From NCBI GenBank assembly GCA_037130335.1, contig JBAXTD010000001.1:25683-89682 (forward strand): a DNA stretch of 64,000 nt, written 5' to 3'. A model generated the notes under the pieces. That model saw only the letters and a list, made by a program, of their open reading frames with translations, was not told the DNA's origin and ran no database searches. Numbering within the stretch: the first letter of the stretch is position 1; every line of letters starts with the position of its first letter. Of the stretch, positions 18,793 to 29,115 are shown one piece after another. The translations under genes and the position numbers were made by a program. This DNA is from a bacterium (lineage in GTDB: Bacteria > Patescibacteriota > Minisyncoccia > Phycocordibacterales > UBA9973).

Positions 18793-19143
18793 ATGAAATC
18801 AAAAAATATTAAAACAGAAAAAAGACTCCGACTCAAAAAGAAAATTCGTATGCGAATTTCTGGAGATGCAGTACGCCCACGTCTCGCAATTTTCCGCTCA
18901 AACAAATTTATCTATGCGCAAGCAGTAGATGACTCAAAGGGTGTTACAATCGCAGCTGCATCTGATGCAGTAATGGAAAAGGGTACAAAGGTTGCTGGCG
19001 CAGAATACACAGGAAAAACAATTGCGAAGCTTTTGAAAGAAAAAGGAATTACCGCTGTCGTGTTTGATCGCGGAGGATTCAAATACGCAGGTCGTGTAAA
19101 AATTCTTGCAGATGCAGCTCGTGCGTCTGGTCTTAACTTTTAA
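18793..19143 (+). CDS. rplR: 50S ribosomal protein L18
   Basis: RPRLAIFRSN, VVFDRGGFKYAGRV. Confidence 0.99.
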   Translation: MKSKNIKTEKRLRLKKKIRMRISGDAVRPRLAIFRSNKFIYAQAVDDSKGVTIAAASDAVMEKGTKVAGAEYTGKTIAKLLKEKGITAVVFDRGGFKYAGRVKILADAARASGLNF

Positions 19144-19148
19144 TTTAT

Positions 19149-19820
19149 ATGGCAGAAAATACAGCAACAAAAAAATCAGCATTTAGTCAGGGAGCACCCG
19201 CAGGTGGTGCACGAGGTTCTTCACGTGGATCATTCGGTTCTTCACCACGTGGTGGACAAGGTGGTGGTCGTGGACAAGGTGGCCCACGCAAAGGAGGAAA
19301 CTTCGAACGCGTCAAACCTGAATACGATCAAAAAATTCTTGCAATCCGTCGCGTTACTCGCGTGGTTTCAGGAGGACGCCGTATGACTTTCTCAGTAGCA
19401 ATGGTTATCGGAGATCGCAAAGGTCTCATCGGTTTGGGAACTGGAAAGGCAATCGATACATCAATCGCAATTACAAAAGCTCAAAAAGATGCAAAGAAAA
19501 ACATGCTCAAATTGAAGCTTACAAAGACACAGTCTCTTCCACATGATATTTCTGCAAAATTCGGAAGTTCAAATCTCATGCTTATGCCAAACCGTGGACG
19601 AGGTCTCATTTCAGGTTCAGCAGTTCGTGATATTTTGCTTCTCGCAGGTATCAAGGATGTTACAACAAAAATTCATTCTGGTTCAAAAAACAAACTCAAT
19701 AACGCTCGTGCAACAATGAAAGCACTTAGTCTCGTGGGAACAAAGGTTATGCGCCATGTTGTCGCAGATGAAAAGCTTCCAAAAGTGGAATCAGTCGAAA
19801 CAGTTGCTGAAGTTAAATAA
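19149..19820 (+). CDS. rpsE: 30S ribosomal protein S5
   Basis: RRVTRVVSGGR; Gly/Arg-rich N-terminal extension. Confidence 0.98.
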   Translation: MAENTATKKSAFSQGAPAGGARGSSRGSFGSSPRGGQGGGRGQGGPRKGGNFERVKPEYDQKILAIRRVTRVVSGGRRMTFSVAMVIGDRKGLIGLGTGKAIDTSIAITKAQKDAKKNMLKLKLTKTQSLPHDISAKFGSSNLMLMPNRGRGLISGSAVRDILLLAGIKDVTTKIHSGSKNKLNNARATMKALSLVGTKVMRHVVADEKLPKVESVETVAEVK

Positions 19821-19829
19821 TATTTTTAT

Positions 19830-20270
19830 ATGCAAACACACAACGTACAACGAGATACAAAAAACAAAAAGCATACACAGCTTGGTCGTGGGGGACGTCA
19901 TGGAAAAACTTCAGGACGTGGAGGAAAAGGTCAAACAGCTCGCGCTGGTAACAAACGCCGTCCACAAATGCGTGATGTCATCAAAAAGCTTCCAAAGCTT
20001 CGTGGTTATAAATTTGCATCAATCCAAACTCCAGCAATGCCTGTAAATTTGGATTCAATCTCAAACGCATTTACAGCTGGTGCAGTTGTTTCTCCTGTAA
20101 CATTACTTGAATGTGGTGTTATCAAAACAAAAAACGGACGAGTTCCTCGTGTAAAAATTTTGGCTCGTGGTGAAATGAAAATCAAAGTTACAGTTACCGG
20201 CTGTTTGGTTTCAGAAACTGCAAAACAAGCTATTGAAAAAGCTGGTGGAAAAGTTGAAGAAAGTAAATAG
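19830..20270 (+). CDS. rplO: 50S ribosomal protein L15
   Basis: GKTSGRGGKGQTARAG, IEKAGGKV. Confidence 0.98.
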   Translation: MQTHNVQRDTKNKKHTQLGRGGRHGKTSGRGGKGQTARAGNKRRPQMRDVIKKLPKLRGYKFASIQTPAMPVNLDSISNAFTAGAVVSPVTLLECGVIKTKNGRVPRVKILARGEMKIKVTVTGCLVSETAKQAIEKAGGKVEESK

Positions 20271-20297
20271 TTTTGTTCCCTAATTTATATACAGACA

Positions 20298-21572
20298 ATG
20301 CAATCATTTTCTCAAAAAATAAAAATAATCTGGGGTGATCGCGCTCTTCGCAACCGAATTTTGATCGTCCTCGGTCTTTTGGTTGTATTTCGATTGCTCT
20401 CTACTGTTCCAGTTCCAGGAGTTGATGCAGGACGACTTTCATCGTTTCTAAACAATAACCAATTCTTTGGAATCCTCAACCTCTTTTCTGGTGGTGGACT
20501 TTCAACACTTTCTATCATCATGCTTGGGGTTGGTCCATACATTACGTCTTCTATCATCATGCAACTTCTTACTGTCATGGTGCCTTCACTTAAATCAATG
20601 TATACCGAAGAAGGTGAAGCTGGACGCAAAACATTTGCACAATATTCTCGTATGATTGCTATTCCACTTGCACTGTTGCAAGGATTTGGATTGCTTCTTC
20701 TTTTGCAAAAAGAGGGAATCATGGGCACACTTACTCCGCTTTCATTTGCAACTAATCTAATCGTTGTTGTTGCGGGTTCAATTTTCCTTATGTGGATTGG
20801 TGAGATCATGACTGAATACGGAATTTCAAACGGAATTTCAATCATTATCTTTGCAGGTATCGTGGCTGCACTTCCTCAACACATCAGTCAAGCATTGTTT
20901 ACATTTGATATTTCACAAATTCCTTATTTCATACTCTTTATTGTACTCGGTGCGCTTCTCATTGCTGGTGTTGTCGTGGTAACAGAAGCTGAACGTCCAA
21001 TTGCAGTCACATATGCTCGTCAATCTCGTGGTGGACAAAGTGCTGGAGGAAATATCGAAACATATATTCCACTTCGCGTAAACCAAGCAGGTGTGATTCC
21101 AATTATCTTTGCACTTTCAATTTTGCTTGTTCCTCAATTGCTCGGAACAGTACTTCTCCTTTCAAAAAACGGAATCTTGCTCGCAATTGGTCATGCATTT
21201 ACAAATTTCTCACAAACTAGTTTACTCTACGGTGTACTATACTTTGTGTTTGTGTTTGCATTCACATATTTCTACACAGCAGTTACATTCGATCCACATG
21301 CAATGTCAGAAAATTTACAAAAATCTGGAGCATTCATTCCAGGTATTCGTCCTGGTCAATCAACAGAAGACTATCTCGGAAAAATCGTTTCTCGAATCAC
21401 ATTTGTTGGAGCACTTTTCCTTGGAGTTATCGCAGTGTTGCCACTTATTGTGCGCGCAGTGACAGGCATCACAGCTATCGCGCTTGGAGGTACTGCAATG
21501 CTCATTGTGGTCTCAGTAGTTCTCGATTTGATCAAGCAAACAAACGCTCAAATCTCAATGCACGAATACTAA
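20298..21572 (+). CDS. secY: Preprotein translocase subunit SecY
   Basis: LGVGPYITSSII, NGISIIIFAGI, GVIPIIFA, FIPGIRPG. Confidence 0.99.
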   Translation: MQSFSQKIKIIWGDRALRNRILIVLGLLVVFRLLSTVPVPGVDAGRLSSFLNNNQFFGILNLFSGGGLSTLSIIMLGVGPYITSSIIMQLLTVMVPSLKSMYTEEGEAGRKTFAQYSRMIAIPLALLQGFGLLLLLQKEGIMGTLTPLSFATNLIVVVAGSIFLMWIGEIMTEYGISNGISIIIFAGIVAALPQHISQALFTFDISQIPYFILFIVLGALLIAGVVVVTEAERPIAVTYARQSRGGQSAGGNIETYIPLRVNQAGVIPIIFALSILLVPQLLGTVLLLSKNGILLAIGHAFTNFSQTSLLYGVLYFVFVFAFTYFYTAVTFDPHAMSENLQKSGAFIPGIRPGQSTEDYLGKIVSRITFVGALFLGVIAVLPLIVRAVTGITAIALGGTAMLIVVSVVLDLIKQTNAQISMHEY

Positions 21573-21639
21573 AATTCAAATAAAGCATAAAAAAATGACC
21601 TCTTCCAGAGGTCATTTTTTTATGCTAAACTAGCCTCGT

Positions 21640-22236
21640 ATGACACCTCAAACATTTATATTTGCTGGCCGTTCAGGTTGCGGTAAAGGGACTCAACTTA
21701 AATTGTTGCGTGAATCATTGGAACAAAAAAATCCAACTATTCCATCGTTTTCATCAGTAACGGGAGATATGTTCCGTTCTTTTTTTGATACAAATACTGA
21801 GACGAGCGTTCGTGCCAAAGAACTCACTGCACGTGGAGAACTTCAACCACTCTTTCTTACGATTTGGTTGTGGGCCAAAAGTATTATCGAAAACTATACC
21901 CCAGAATCAAATATTTTTATTGATGGGTATCCTCGTCGTGTCGAGGAGGCAATCGCAGTAGACTCAATGCTTAAATTTTATGATCGCAAAAACGTAATCG
22001 TGCTTAATTTCAATGTCTCGCGCGAAACTTCTAAAGCTCGAATGCTTGGTCGTGCTCGTGCTGACGATACAGTTACGAATGCTGAAACACGACTTGATTG
22101 GTATGACAAAGATGTAACTCCAGCAATTGATTTTTTCCGCAACAAACCTGGATATGTTTTTCTCGATATTGATGGAGAAAAGCCGATTGATGAAATTCAC
22201 AACGATATTATTAATAAATTAAATTCATTGCAATAA
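21640..22236 (+). CDS. adk: Adenylate kinase family, short LID
   Basis: GRSGCGKGTQ, TGDMFR, DGYPR, RADD; follows secY. Confidence 0.9.
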   Translation: MTPQTFIFAGRSGCGKGTQLKLLRESLEQKNPTIPSFSSVTGDMFRSFFDTNTETSVRAKELTARGELQPLFLTIWLWAKSIIENYTPESNIFIDGYPRRVEEAIAVDSMLKFYDRKNVIVLNFNVSRETSKARMLGRARADDTVTNAETRLDWYDKDVTPAIDFFRNKPGYVFLDIDGEKPIDEIHNDIINKLNSLQ

Positions 22237-22243
22237 CACATAT

Positions 22244-22924
22244 ATGAAGGAACGCATTATTATTTCTCTTGGAGGTTCACTTATTTTTCCTGATGCTATA
22301 GATACAGAATTTTTGGATGCGTTTCGAAATATGATGACGGGGTATATAGAACGTGGATATACATTTGTGTTTATCACCGGCGGTGGAAAGAGTTGCCGTA
22401 GATATCAAGAAGCTCTCAAATCATTGCGAACTGTCGAGACGACAGATCTCGATTGGATGGGAATTGCCACAACTCGCACGAATGCAATGCTTGTGAAATT
22501 ACTTTTCAAAGAATACGCATACGATGAAGTAATTTTAAATCCCTCAGATGCAAAGGGGATTAATACTCCCGTAATTATTGGAGCAGGATGGAAGCCGGGT
22601 TGGAGTACAGATTATGACGCAATCGAAATGGCAGTAGAGACGGGTGCCAAAAAAGTTGTTAATCTTTCAAATATTGATTTCGTATATACTGCTGATCCCA
22701 AAACAAATCCTGATGCAGTAAAAATCGAAAAGACGACATGGGCAGAGTACCGCAAAATTATTCCATCAGAATGGACAAGTGGAATCAATGCACCGTTTGA
22801 TCCAATCGCATCCAAACACGCCGAAGAAAATAATATCGAAGTTGCCATCATGAACGGCAAAAATCTCAAAAACCTCGCCGACTATATCGAAGGCAGAGAA
22901 TTTATTGGAACGGTGATTAGTTAA
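22244..22924 (+). CDS. pyrH: UMP kinase, archaeal-type
   Basis: SLGGS, TGGG..R.YQ, DWMGIATTR.NA, PGWSTD, YTADP, PFDP. Confidence 0.9.
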   Translation: MKERIIISLGGSLIFPDAIDTEFLDAFRNMMTGYIERGYTFVFITGGGKSCRRYQEALKSLRTVETTDLDWMGIATTRTNAMLVKLLFKEYAYDEVILNPSDAKGINTPVIIGAGWKPGWSTDYDAIEMAVETGAKKVVNLSNIDFVYTADPKTNPDAVKIEKTTWAEYRKIIPSEWTSGINAPFDPIASKHAEENNIEVAIMNGKNLKNLADYIEGREFIGTVIS

Positions 22925-22930
22925 AAAATA

Positions 22931-23707
22931 ATGGCAATAATAATAAAAACAAAAGAAGAAATTGAGAAGTTGCGCGAGGGAGGGAAGCGATTGGCTTTTG
23001 TACTTGCAGAGACTGCAAAACAAGTTTGTCCGGGAATTTCGGCGCTTGAGCTCGATAAATTTGCAGAGGCAAAGATAAAGGAACTCGGAGACACATCTGC
23101 GTTTCTCGGATACAAGCCAAGTGGACATCACAAACCATTTCCTGCATCACTTTGTATTTCTGTAAATTCAGAAATCGTTCACGGAATTCCAAAGGCAACA
23201 ACAATTCTCAAAGAGGGTGATATTGTGTCGCTTGATTTGGGAATCAAACACGCAGGATTATTTACTGATCATGCAATTACTGTGGGTGTCGGTCATGTTG
23301 CCAAAGACAAAGAAAAATTAATGCGCGATACTCGTGAATCAATGTATATGGGAATTGCTGCAATCGTGCCAGGGGCTCGCGTAGGTGATATTGGTCATGC
23401 AATTGAGTCATATATCAAAAAGGCTGGTAATTACGGCATTGTGCGTGTGCTTGCAGGTCATGGTGTAGGCCGTGCGATTCATGAGGATCCATTTATCCCA
23501 AATTTCGGCCGTCCAAAATCTGGTGAAAAATTAGTACCAGGAATGGTGATTGCAATTGAACCAATGCTTACGCTCGGAACTGACGATGTGATTGATACCG
23601 ATGATGGATACACGATAAAAACCGAAGACGGATCGTGTGCTGCACACTTTGAACACACAGTATATATCAACGATTCTGGTTTGCCAGAAATTTTAACGGA
23701 GAACTAG
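22931..23707 (+). CDS. map: Type I methionine aminopeptidase
   Basis: CISVN.EIVHGIP, GHGVG..IHEDP, AIEPM, AHFEHT. Confidence 0.98.
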   Translation: MAIIIKTKEEIEKLREGGKRLAFVLAETAKQVCPGISALELDKFAEAKIKELGDTSAFLGYKPSGHHKPFPASLCISVNSEIVHGIPKATTILKEGDIVSLDLGIKHAGLFTDHAITVGVGHVAKDKEKLMRDTRESMYMGIAAIVPGARVGDIGHAIESYIKKAGNYGIVRVLAGHGVGRAIHEDPFIPNFGRPKSGEKLVPGMVIAIEPMLTLGTDDVIDTDDGYTIKTEDGSCAAHFEHTVYINDSGLPEILTEN

Positions 23708-23941
23708 TTTTGTTGTATGAGCAACAGTAAGTGCTCGGGCGTCGTGATGATGTAAATAGTTTCGTCCGAGAGTGTACAAAAATTCTAATGATTTTTTGTA
23801 TGGAAGTTCTTTGAGTACAGATGCTGCTTTTTCGTAATTTCCAGAATCGATAAATAATCGTGCGCGGTGTTCGGCGTTTTTTTCTGCGTTTGAAAGCCAT
23901 TCCAAGTCTTCTTGAGTTTTTATTTTTGTGCGATGTGGCAT
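23693..23941 (-). CDS. Small hypothetical protein, possibly helical-repeat
   Basis: 82-aa ORF filling the map-ATPase gap; start uncertain. Confidence 0.4.
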   Translation of the reverse strand: MPHRTKIKTQEDLEWLSNAEKNAEHRARLFIDSGNYEKAASVLKELPYKKSLEFLYTLGRNYLHHHDARALTVAHTTKLVLR

Positions 23942-24015
23942 GTATTCATTTTCGCATGTCTCGTATGTTATGTAAACATTTCAAAAGTTTTTTTTGTAGA
24001 GTATAATATAAATAC

Positions 24016-26751
24016 ATGGAATCATTCGCACCGATGGAAATGCCGAAGTTTAAATCTGCCGAAGAGGAGATTGCTTTTTTGCGCGCACAAGTTTCTCAAA
24101 AAGAGGAGCAGTTAGCTTCAGCGGGAATGGAAGCAAAACGAGAAAACATTGCCGAGCAGACATTGCAAGCATACAAAGAAAAATCTGTAAAAGAAGTATT
24201 GCATTCATCTGCAAAAATTCCAGAAAAAGAATCAGAAGCACTCGCACTTCGACTCGCTCCAGAAACGCATGATCGAATTATGGAAGAATTGCTCGGAATA
24301 CTTTTGGATAAAGGTATCAAGAATGCGCTTGTGATTGTAGAAAAAATGGATAATCCTCATGTGGATGATGACTTTCATCGTTTTTTGGTTCAATATTTAC
24401 AATCAACTGGCAAAATTCCCGGACTCAAAGAATCGACACGATTGTATCGCGCGCTTGACTGCACGCTTTTTGAAGTAAGTTTGCCAGAGGTGAGTGATGA
24501 CAAGAAAAAAGGTCTGAAGGAATTACTCACTATGATGGAGCAGTTTTATGCTGGTATGCACTCAGTGGGAATGACTCGTCAAAACGAGGAACGTAATCAT
24601 TTCACTGTTGAAATTGCACTTTCGAATTCTGGTGAGCAATTTGTGATTTATGCTGCAGTACCTACCAAGCGTGCAGATTTATTCGAAAAGCAATTACTCG
24701 CGATTCATCCAGATTCCAAAATCACTGAAGTAGTCGATGATTACAATATTTTTATCGATAACAAAGATACTGCGGTAGGTGCGTATGCATATCTCGCACA
24801 AGAAGATATTTATCCAATTAAAACATATGATTCATTTGATCATGATCCCATGAATCTTATTCTCAACTCTTTTTCTAAATTAAAGGCACAAGGGGAGGGT
24901 GCGGCAATTCAATTTAGTATGTGTCCGAAAGATGATGAACTTATTTATCATTACCAAGAAACATTGGATTATCTCAAAAAAGGATACAGTGTAAAAAACG
25001 CGCGCAGTTCATGGCGCAGAGTTGCAAATGAAATTTTGAGTCTTGGAAAAGATTTTGCAACAGGAAATTATGAAAAAAAGGAGGAGGAAAAAAAGGTCAA
25101 CGATCGTGCCGTTGAATTCGTAACTGAGAAATTAAAATCGACTGTCATGGCGACAAATATTCGTATCCTTGCGTCTGCAGAAACGAGAGGTCGTTCAGAG
25201 CAGATTATTGATGAACTTGCTGCATCGTTTAATCAATTTACTGAAGCAGGACGCAATGGAATCAATTGGGTCAAGGTGTATGGTAATGAATTACATCAAC
25301 TCGAACACGAATTTTCATTTAGACTTTTTGATGATGAACATGCAATGCCGTTTAATATCAAAGAACTTGCAACGATTTTTCACTTTCCATACGGCATCAA
25401 TAAAATGGGTCAACTCAAACAAGCTCGTGCTGCTGTGGCTCCCGTGCCACTCGATATGCCAAAGACAGGAATTTTTCTGGGTTACAACGAATTTCGTGGA
25501 GAAAAAACCCCTGTGTATATGTCGGTAGAAGACCGTATGCGTCATATGTATGTTATCGGACAAACGGGTACTGGTAAAACTGTATTTTTGAAAAATATGA
25601 TTATTCAGGACATTAAAAACGGCGATGGATGTTGTTTTATCGATCCGCACGGAACAGACATTCAAGAAATTTTGGCAAATATTCCACCAGAGCGTTTGGA
25701 TGATGTGATTTATTTCGATCCGGCATATACTGCACGACCGATGGGACTCAACATGCTCGAATATGATGAACGATACCCTGAGCAGAAAACATTCGTCGTC
25801 AACGAACTCCTCAATATTTTTAATAAACTCTTTGATATGAAGACTTCCGGAGGTCCGGCGTTTGAACAATATTTCCGTAATGCATCGCTTCTCGTGATGG
25901 AAGATCCTGCAAGTGGATCGACACTTCTCGAAATTGGACGTGTCATGGCCGACAAAGACTTCCGTGATCTCAAACTTTCAAAATGTCGAAACCCAATCAT
26001 CAAGCAATTCTGGGAAGGTGCTGAAAAAACAACAGGGGATCAATCGCTCGCAAACTTTGTGCCGTACATCACAAACAAATTCGACGTGTTCGTCTCCAAC
26101 GACATTATGCGTCCAGTTATTGCACAACAAAAATCCGTATTTAATTTCCGTAAAATCATGGATGAAAAAAAGATTTTGTTGGTAAACCTCGCAAAGGGAC
26201 GTCTGGGAGAAAAGAATGCCGAGCTTATCGGTTTGATTCTTGTTGGTAAAATTCAGATGGCTGCGCTTTCTCGTGTGGATATGTTTGGTCAAAAGATGGA
26301 AGATTTTTATCTTTATATTGACGAATTCCAGAACGTTACGACTGATTCGATCGAATCGATTTTGTCTGAGGCGCGTAAATATCGTTTGTCGCTCACTGTG
26401 GCTCATCAATATATTGAGCAGCTTGATGATAATATCCGTGATGCAGTGTTTGGTAACGTTGGATCAATGGCAATTCATCGCGTGTCACAAGAAAATGCAG
26501 AAATTTTTGCAAAACAATTAGAACCAACATTTACAGCTTCTGATATTATTAAGCTTGAAATGTGTAACTGTTATATGAAAATGCTTGTAAATGGATTCCC
26601 TTCAAAACCTTTTAGTTCGCATACACCATTTAATTCAAGAGGCAATGCTGAGATGGTTGAAGCAGTCAAAGAACTTTCATATCTCAAATATGGCCGTGAT
26701 CGTTCCGAAGTCGAAGAAGAAATCATGGAACGTTACAACGCAGGGAAGTAA
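24016..26751 (+). CDS. VirD4/TrwB/HerA-FtsK superfamily ATPase
   Basis: RHMYVIGQTGTGKT, FIDPHG, LYIDEFQN, EARKYRLSLTVAHQ. Confidence 0.9.
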   Translation: MESFAPMEMPKFKSAEEEIAFLRAQVSQKEEQLASAGMEAKRENIAEQTLQAYKEKSVKEVLHSSAKIPEKESEALALRLAPETHDRIMEELLGILLDKGIKNALVIVEKMDNPHVDDDFHRFLVQYLQSTGKIPGLKESTRLYRALDCTLFEVSLPEVSDDKKKGLKELLTMMEQFYAGMHSVGMTRQNEERNHFTVEIALSNSGEQFVIYAAVPTKRADLFEKQLLAIHPDSKITEVVDDYNIFIDNKDTAVGAYAYLAQEDIYPIKTYDSFDHDPMNLILNSFSKLKAQGEGAAIQFSMCPKDDELIYHYQETLDYLKKGYSVKNARSSWRRVANEILSLGKDFATGNYEKKEEEKKVNDRAVEFVTEKLKSTVMATNIRILASAETRGRSEQIIDELAASFNQFTEAGRNGINWVKVYGNELHQLEHEFSFRLFDDEHAMPFNIKELATIFHFPYGINKMGQLKQARAAVAPVPLDMPKTGIFLGYNEFRGEKTPVYMSVEDRMRHMYVIGQTGTGKTVFLKNMIIQDIKNGDGCCFIDPHGTDIQEILANIPPERLDDVIYFDPAYTARPMGLNMLEYDERYPEQKTFVVNELLNIFNKLFDMKTSGGPAFEQYFRNASLLVMEDPASGSTLLEIGRVMADKDFRDLKLSKCRNPIIKQFWEGAEKTTGDQSLANFVPYITNKFDVFVSNDIMRPVIAQQKSVFNFRKIMDEKKILLVNLAKGRLGEKNAELIGLILVGKIQMAALSRVDMFGQKMEDFYLYIDEFQNVTTDSIESILSEARKYRLSLTVAHQYIEQLDDNIRDAVFGNVGSMAIHRVSQENAEIFAKQLEPTFTASDIIKLEMCNCYMKMLVNGFPSKPFSSHTPFNSRGNAEMVEAVKELSYLKYGRDRSEVEEEIMERYNAGK

Positions 26752-26834
26752 AAATTCCGTGTTTGTAAAATAGGGGTTTTTCTGGTAGTATCACACTATT
26801 AGTACTTAGTTTAACCTAAAAGGTAATCATATTT

Positions 26835-27305
26835 ATGGCAACACAAGAACGATCACTCATCATTATTAAACCAGATGCAATTCAACGAAATCTCTTTGGG
26901 GAAATTGTTTCTCGTTTGGAAAGAAAAGGACTCAAAATTATCGGTACAAAAATGATGAATTTGCACGATGCAATCATTGAAGAGCACTACGCACATATCA
27001 AAGATAAACCATTCTTCCCAGGTATTCGTGATTTTATGAAATCAACTCCAGTTGTTGTAATTGCAATCGAAGGAATTAATGCAGTTTCATCTGTTCGTAT
27101 TCTCGTAGGTCCAACAAAGGCATGGGAAGCAACGGCAGGAACAATTCGTGGTGATTTTTCTCTTTCTACTCAATCAAATTTGGTTCATGCATCAGATGGT
27201 GTGGAGGCAGGAGAAATTGAAATCAACCGTTTCTTTAAACCAGAAGAATTGTTTGACTACCAAAAAGTTGATACAGACTTTGTGTACGCAGAACATAAAC
27301 AATAA
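26835..27305 (+). CDS. ndk: Nucleoside diphosphate kinase
   Basis: IKPDA, GTIRGDF, NLVHASD. Confidence 0.99.
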   Translation: MATQERSLIIIKPDAIQRNLFGEIVSRLERKGLKIIGTKMMNLHDAIIEEHYAHIKDKPFFPGIRDFMKSTPVVVIAIEGINAVSSVRILVGPTKAWEATAGTIRGDFSLSTQSNLVHASDGVEAGEIEINRFFKPEELFDYQKVDTDFVYAEHKQ

Positions 27306-27315
27306 AAATTAAATT

Positions 27316-27359
27316 AAAAATGCCCCGCGATTTCCGAAGGAAATCGCGGGGCATTTTTT
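27316..27359 (+). terminator. Terminator after ndk
   Basis: aaaaatgccccgcgatttcc-gaa-ggaaatcgcggggcattttt. Confidence 0.85.
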
Positions 27360-27471
27360 ATCCACACAATTATTTGCAATTTTATTTTTTCAAAAAGGTT
27401 GTTGGCATTAATTTTTTGTGGTGTTTTTGTAATCCACAGTTGTTTTTGATACCTGTGATGTATATTGGAAA

Positions 27472-27599
27472 TAGGATTATTTGCACTGTTACCTAGAACA
27501 CTTCGTGTACGGGAGTTTGGAGTTATAAATCGCCTTGGCCTTTTATACAGAACACCCACCTGGCCTCTGGCTAGGGTAACACGTAAGCAGATAGTCCTA
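27472..27599 (+). ncRNA. ssrS: Probable compact 6S RNA
   Basis: Rod structure taggattatttgc/gcagatagtccta and tgttacc/ggtaaca; 6S-like CGGGAG...CACCCACCTG motifs; TATATT at 27461 and terminator at 27606-27638. Confidence 0.65.
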
Positions 27600-27705
27600 A
27601 AAAGAATCTCTTTCAGAAATGAAAGGGGATTTTTTTTACCCAAAAACATCTTCAGTTATTTTTGCGTATGCATCAGTCCAAAAGTAACGTATAATAAAAA
27701 CATAT

Positions 27706-29097
27706 ATGGCAAAAGAAAAATATAAAATAACATTTTGTTCTGGAGCAGAGACGGTGACAGGCGCAGATTTTTTGTTGGAAGGACCGTTAGACAGTACTGG
27801 TCAACCACTGCTGCGAATTCTCGTTGACTGCGGATTGGTGCAAGGAGAAAAGTTGGCCCAAGAAGAAAACTGGGAACCTTTTTCGTATGATCCCAAAACG
27901 ATTGATTATCTTTTTGTTACACACTCACACATCGATCACATCGGTCGGATTCCAAAATTAGTTCACGATGGATTCAAAGGCAAGATTATCGCAACTCCAC
28001 CGACATGTGCGCTTGTAAAGCCAATGCTTGAGGATACATCGGCAATTTTGTCACACGATACCGAACATCATCTCGATGAAATTTATAATGCAGATGTACT
28101 CAAACAAGCACTCACGGGTTGGATCGATTTGCCATATGAAAAAGAATATCAATTGATTCCAGAAATTAGTGTTTCATTGCATGATGCAGGACACGTGCTC
28201 GGTTCTGCATACGTGACGTTCAAACTTGGAAAAACAAAATTAACGTTCACAGGTGATTTGGGAAATTCTCCATCGCCAATTTTGAAAGATACAACTCCAA
28301 TGACTGATAGTGATTATTTGTTGATTGAGAGTGTGTATGGAGACCGATTACATGAAGCACGTGATAAACGTCGAGACATGCTCAAAGACGTTTTGCTTGA
28401 GAATTACAAAAAAGAGGGAACGCTCATCATTCCTGCGTTTTCACTCGAACGTTCGCAAGAAGTTATTTTTGAAATCGATAAATTAATTGAGACAAAACAA
28501 ATTCCCAAAATGCCGGTGTATTTGGATTCGCCACTTGCGATTACAGTGACCGATATTTATCGTGAATATAAAGATTGTTTTAATGATGACATTCGCACAC
28601 ACATCGAAAAGGGTAATGATCCGTTTGCGTTTCCTGGACTTGTCGAGACCGTTGATGCTGAGGAATCAAAAGCGATATTGCACAAACCTGATCCAAAGGT
28701 AATCATTGCAGGAAGTGGAATGTCTTCTGGTGGACGCGTGCTTCATCATGAACAAAATTATCTTTCAAATAAAAACAATACACTGCTCCTTATCGGCTAT
28801 CAAGCGGTTGGTACACTCGGACGTAAACTCGAAGAGGGTACACCGTATGTTACGATCAACAAACAAAGTATTCCTGTGCATGCATCAATCAAAAATATTA
28901 GTGGATATTCGGGGCACAAAGATAGTGATGCACTTGTCGAATTCGTATCACATTCCGCTAGCACGTTAAAAAAAGTGTGGACAGTGATGGGTGAACCTAA
29001 ATCTACATCATTTCTCGCGCAAAAAATAAAAAATGAACTTGGGCTCGATGCAGAATCTCCCGAAGGTGGAAAATCAGTTATCATTGAATGCGAATAG
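27706..29097 (+). CDS. MBL-fold beta-CASP ribonuclease (COG1236-like)
   Basis: VDCG, THSHIDHIG, AGHVLGS, ESVYG, AGSGM..GGRV.HH, SGH. Confidence 0.95.
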   Translation: MAKEKYKITFCSGAETVTGADFLLEGPLDSTGQPLLRILVDCGLVQGEKLAQEENWEPFSYDPKTIDYLFVTHSHIDHIGRIPKLVHDGFKGKIIATPPTCALVKPMLEDTSAILSHDTEHHLDEIYNADVLKQALTGWIDLPYEKEYQLIPEISVSLHDAGHVLGSAYVTFKLGKTKLTFTGDLGNSPSPILKDTTPMTDSDYLLIESVYGDRLHEARDKRRDMLKDVLLENYKKEGTLIIPAFSLERSQEVIFEIDKLIETKQIPKMPVYLDSPLAITVTDIYREYKDCFNDDIRTHIEKGNDPFAFPGLVETVDAEESKAILHKPDPKVIIAGSGMSSGGRVLHHEQNYLSNKNNTLLLIGYQAVGTLGRKLEEGTPYVTINKQSIPVHASIKNISGYSGHKDSDALVEFVSHSASTLKKVWTVMGEPKSTSFLAQKIKNELGLDAESPEGGKSVIIECE

Positions 29098-29115
29098 TTG
29101 TATAATATATTTAGT

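Noticed and set aside
19190-19300. Repetitive ggtggacaaggt sequence in rpsE
   Set aside because: It is a low-complexity Gly/Arg-rich protein extension, not a DNA repeat element.
24016-26751. Conjugative element inferred from the VirD4-like ATPase
   Set aside because: No relaxase, VirB4, integrase or att sites; it sits among housekeeping genes.
27358-27440. Replication origin
   Set aside because: Only one perfect and one near DnaA box, no dnaA or dnaN nearby, and no strand switch in gene orientation.
27314-27725. ORFs 27314-27649 (-) and 27465-27725 (+)
   Set aside because: They cross terminators and the structured RNA, which explains the region better.
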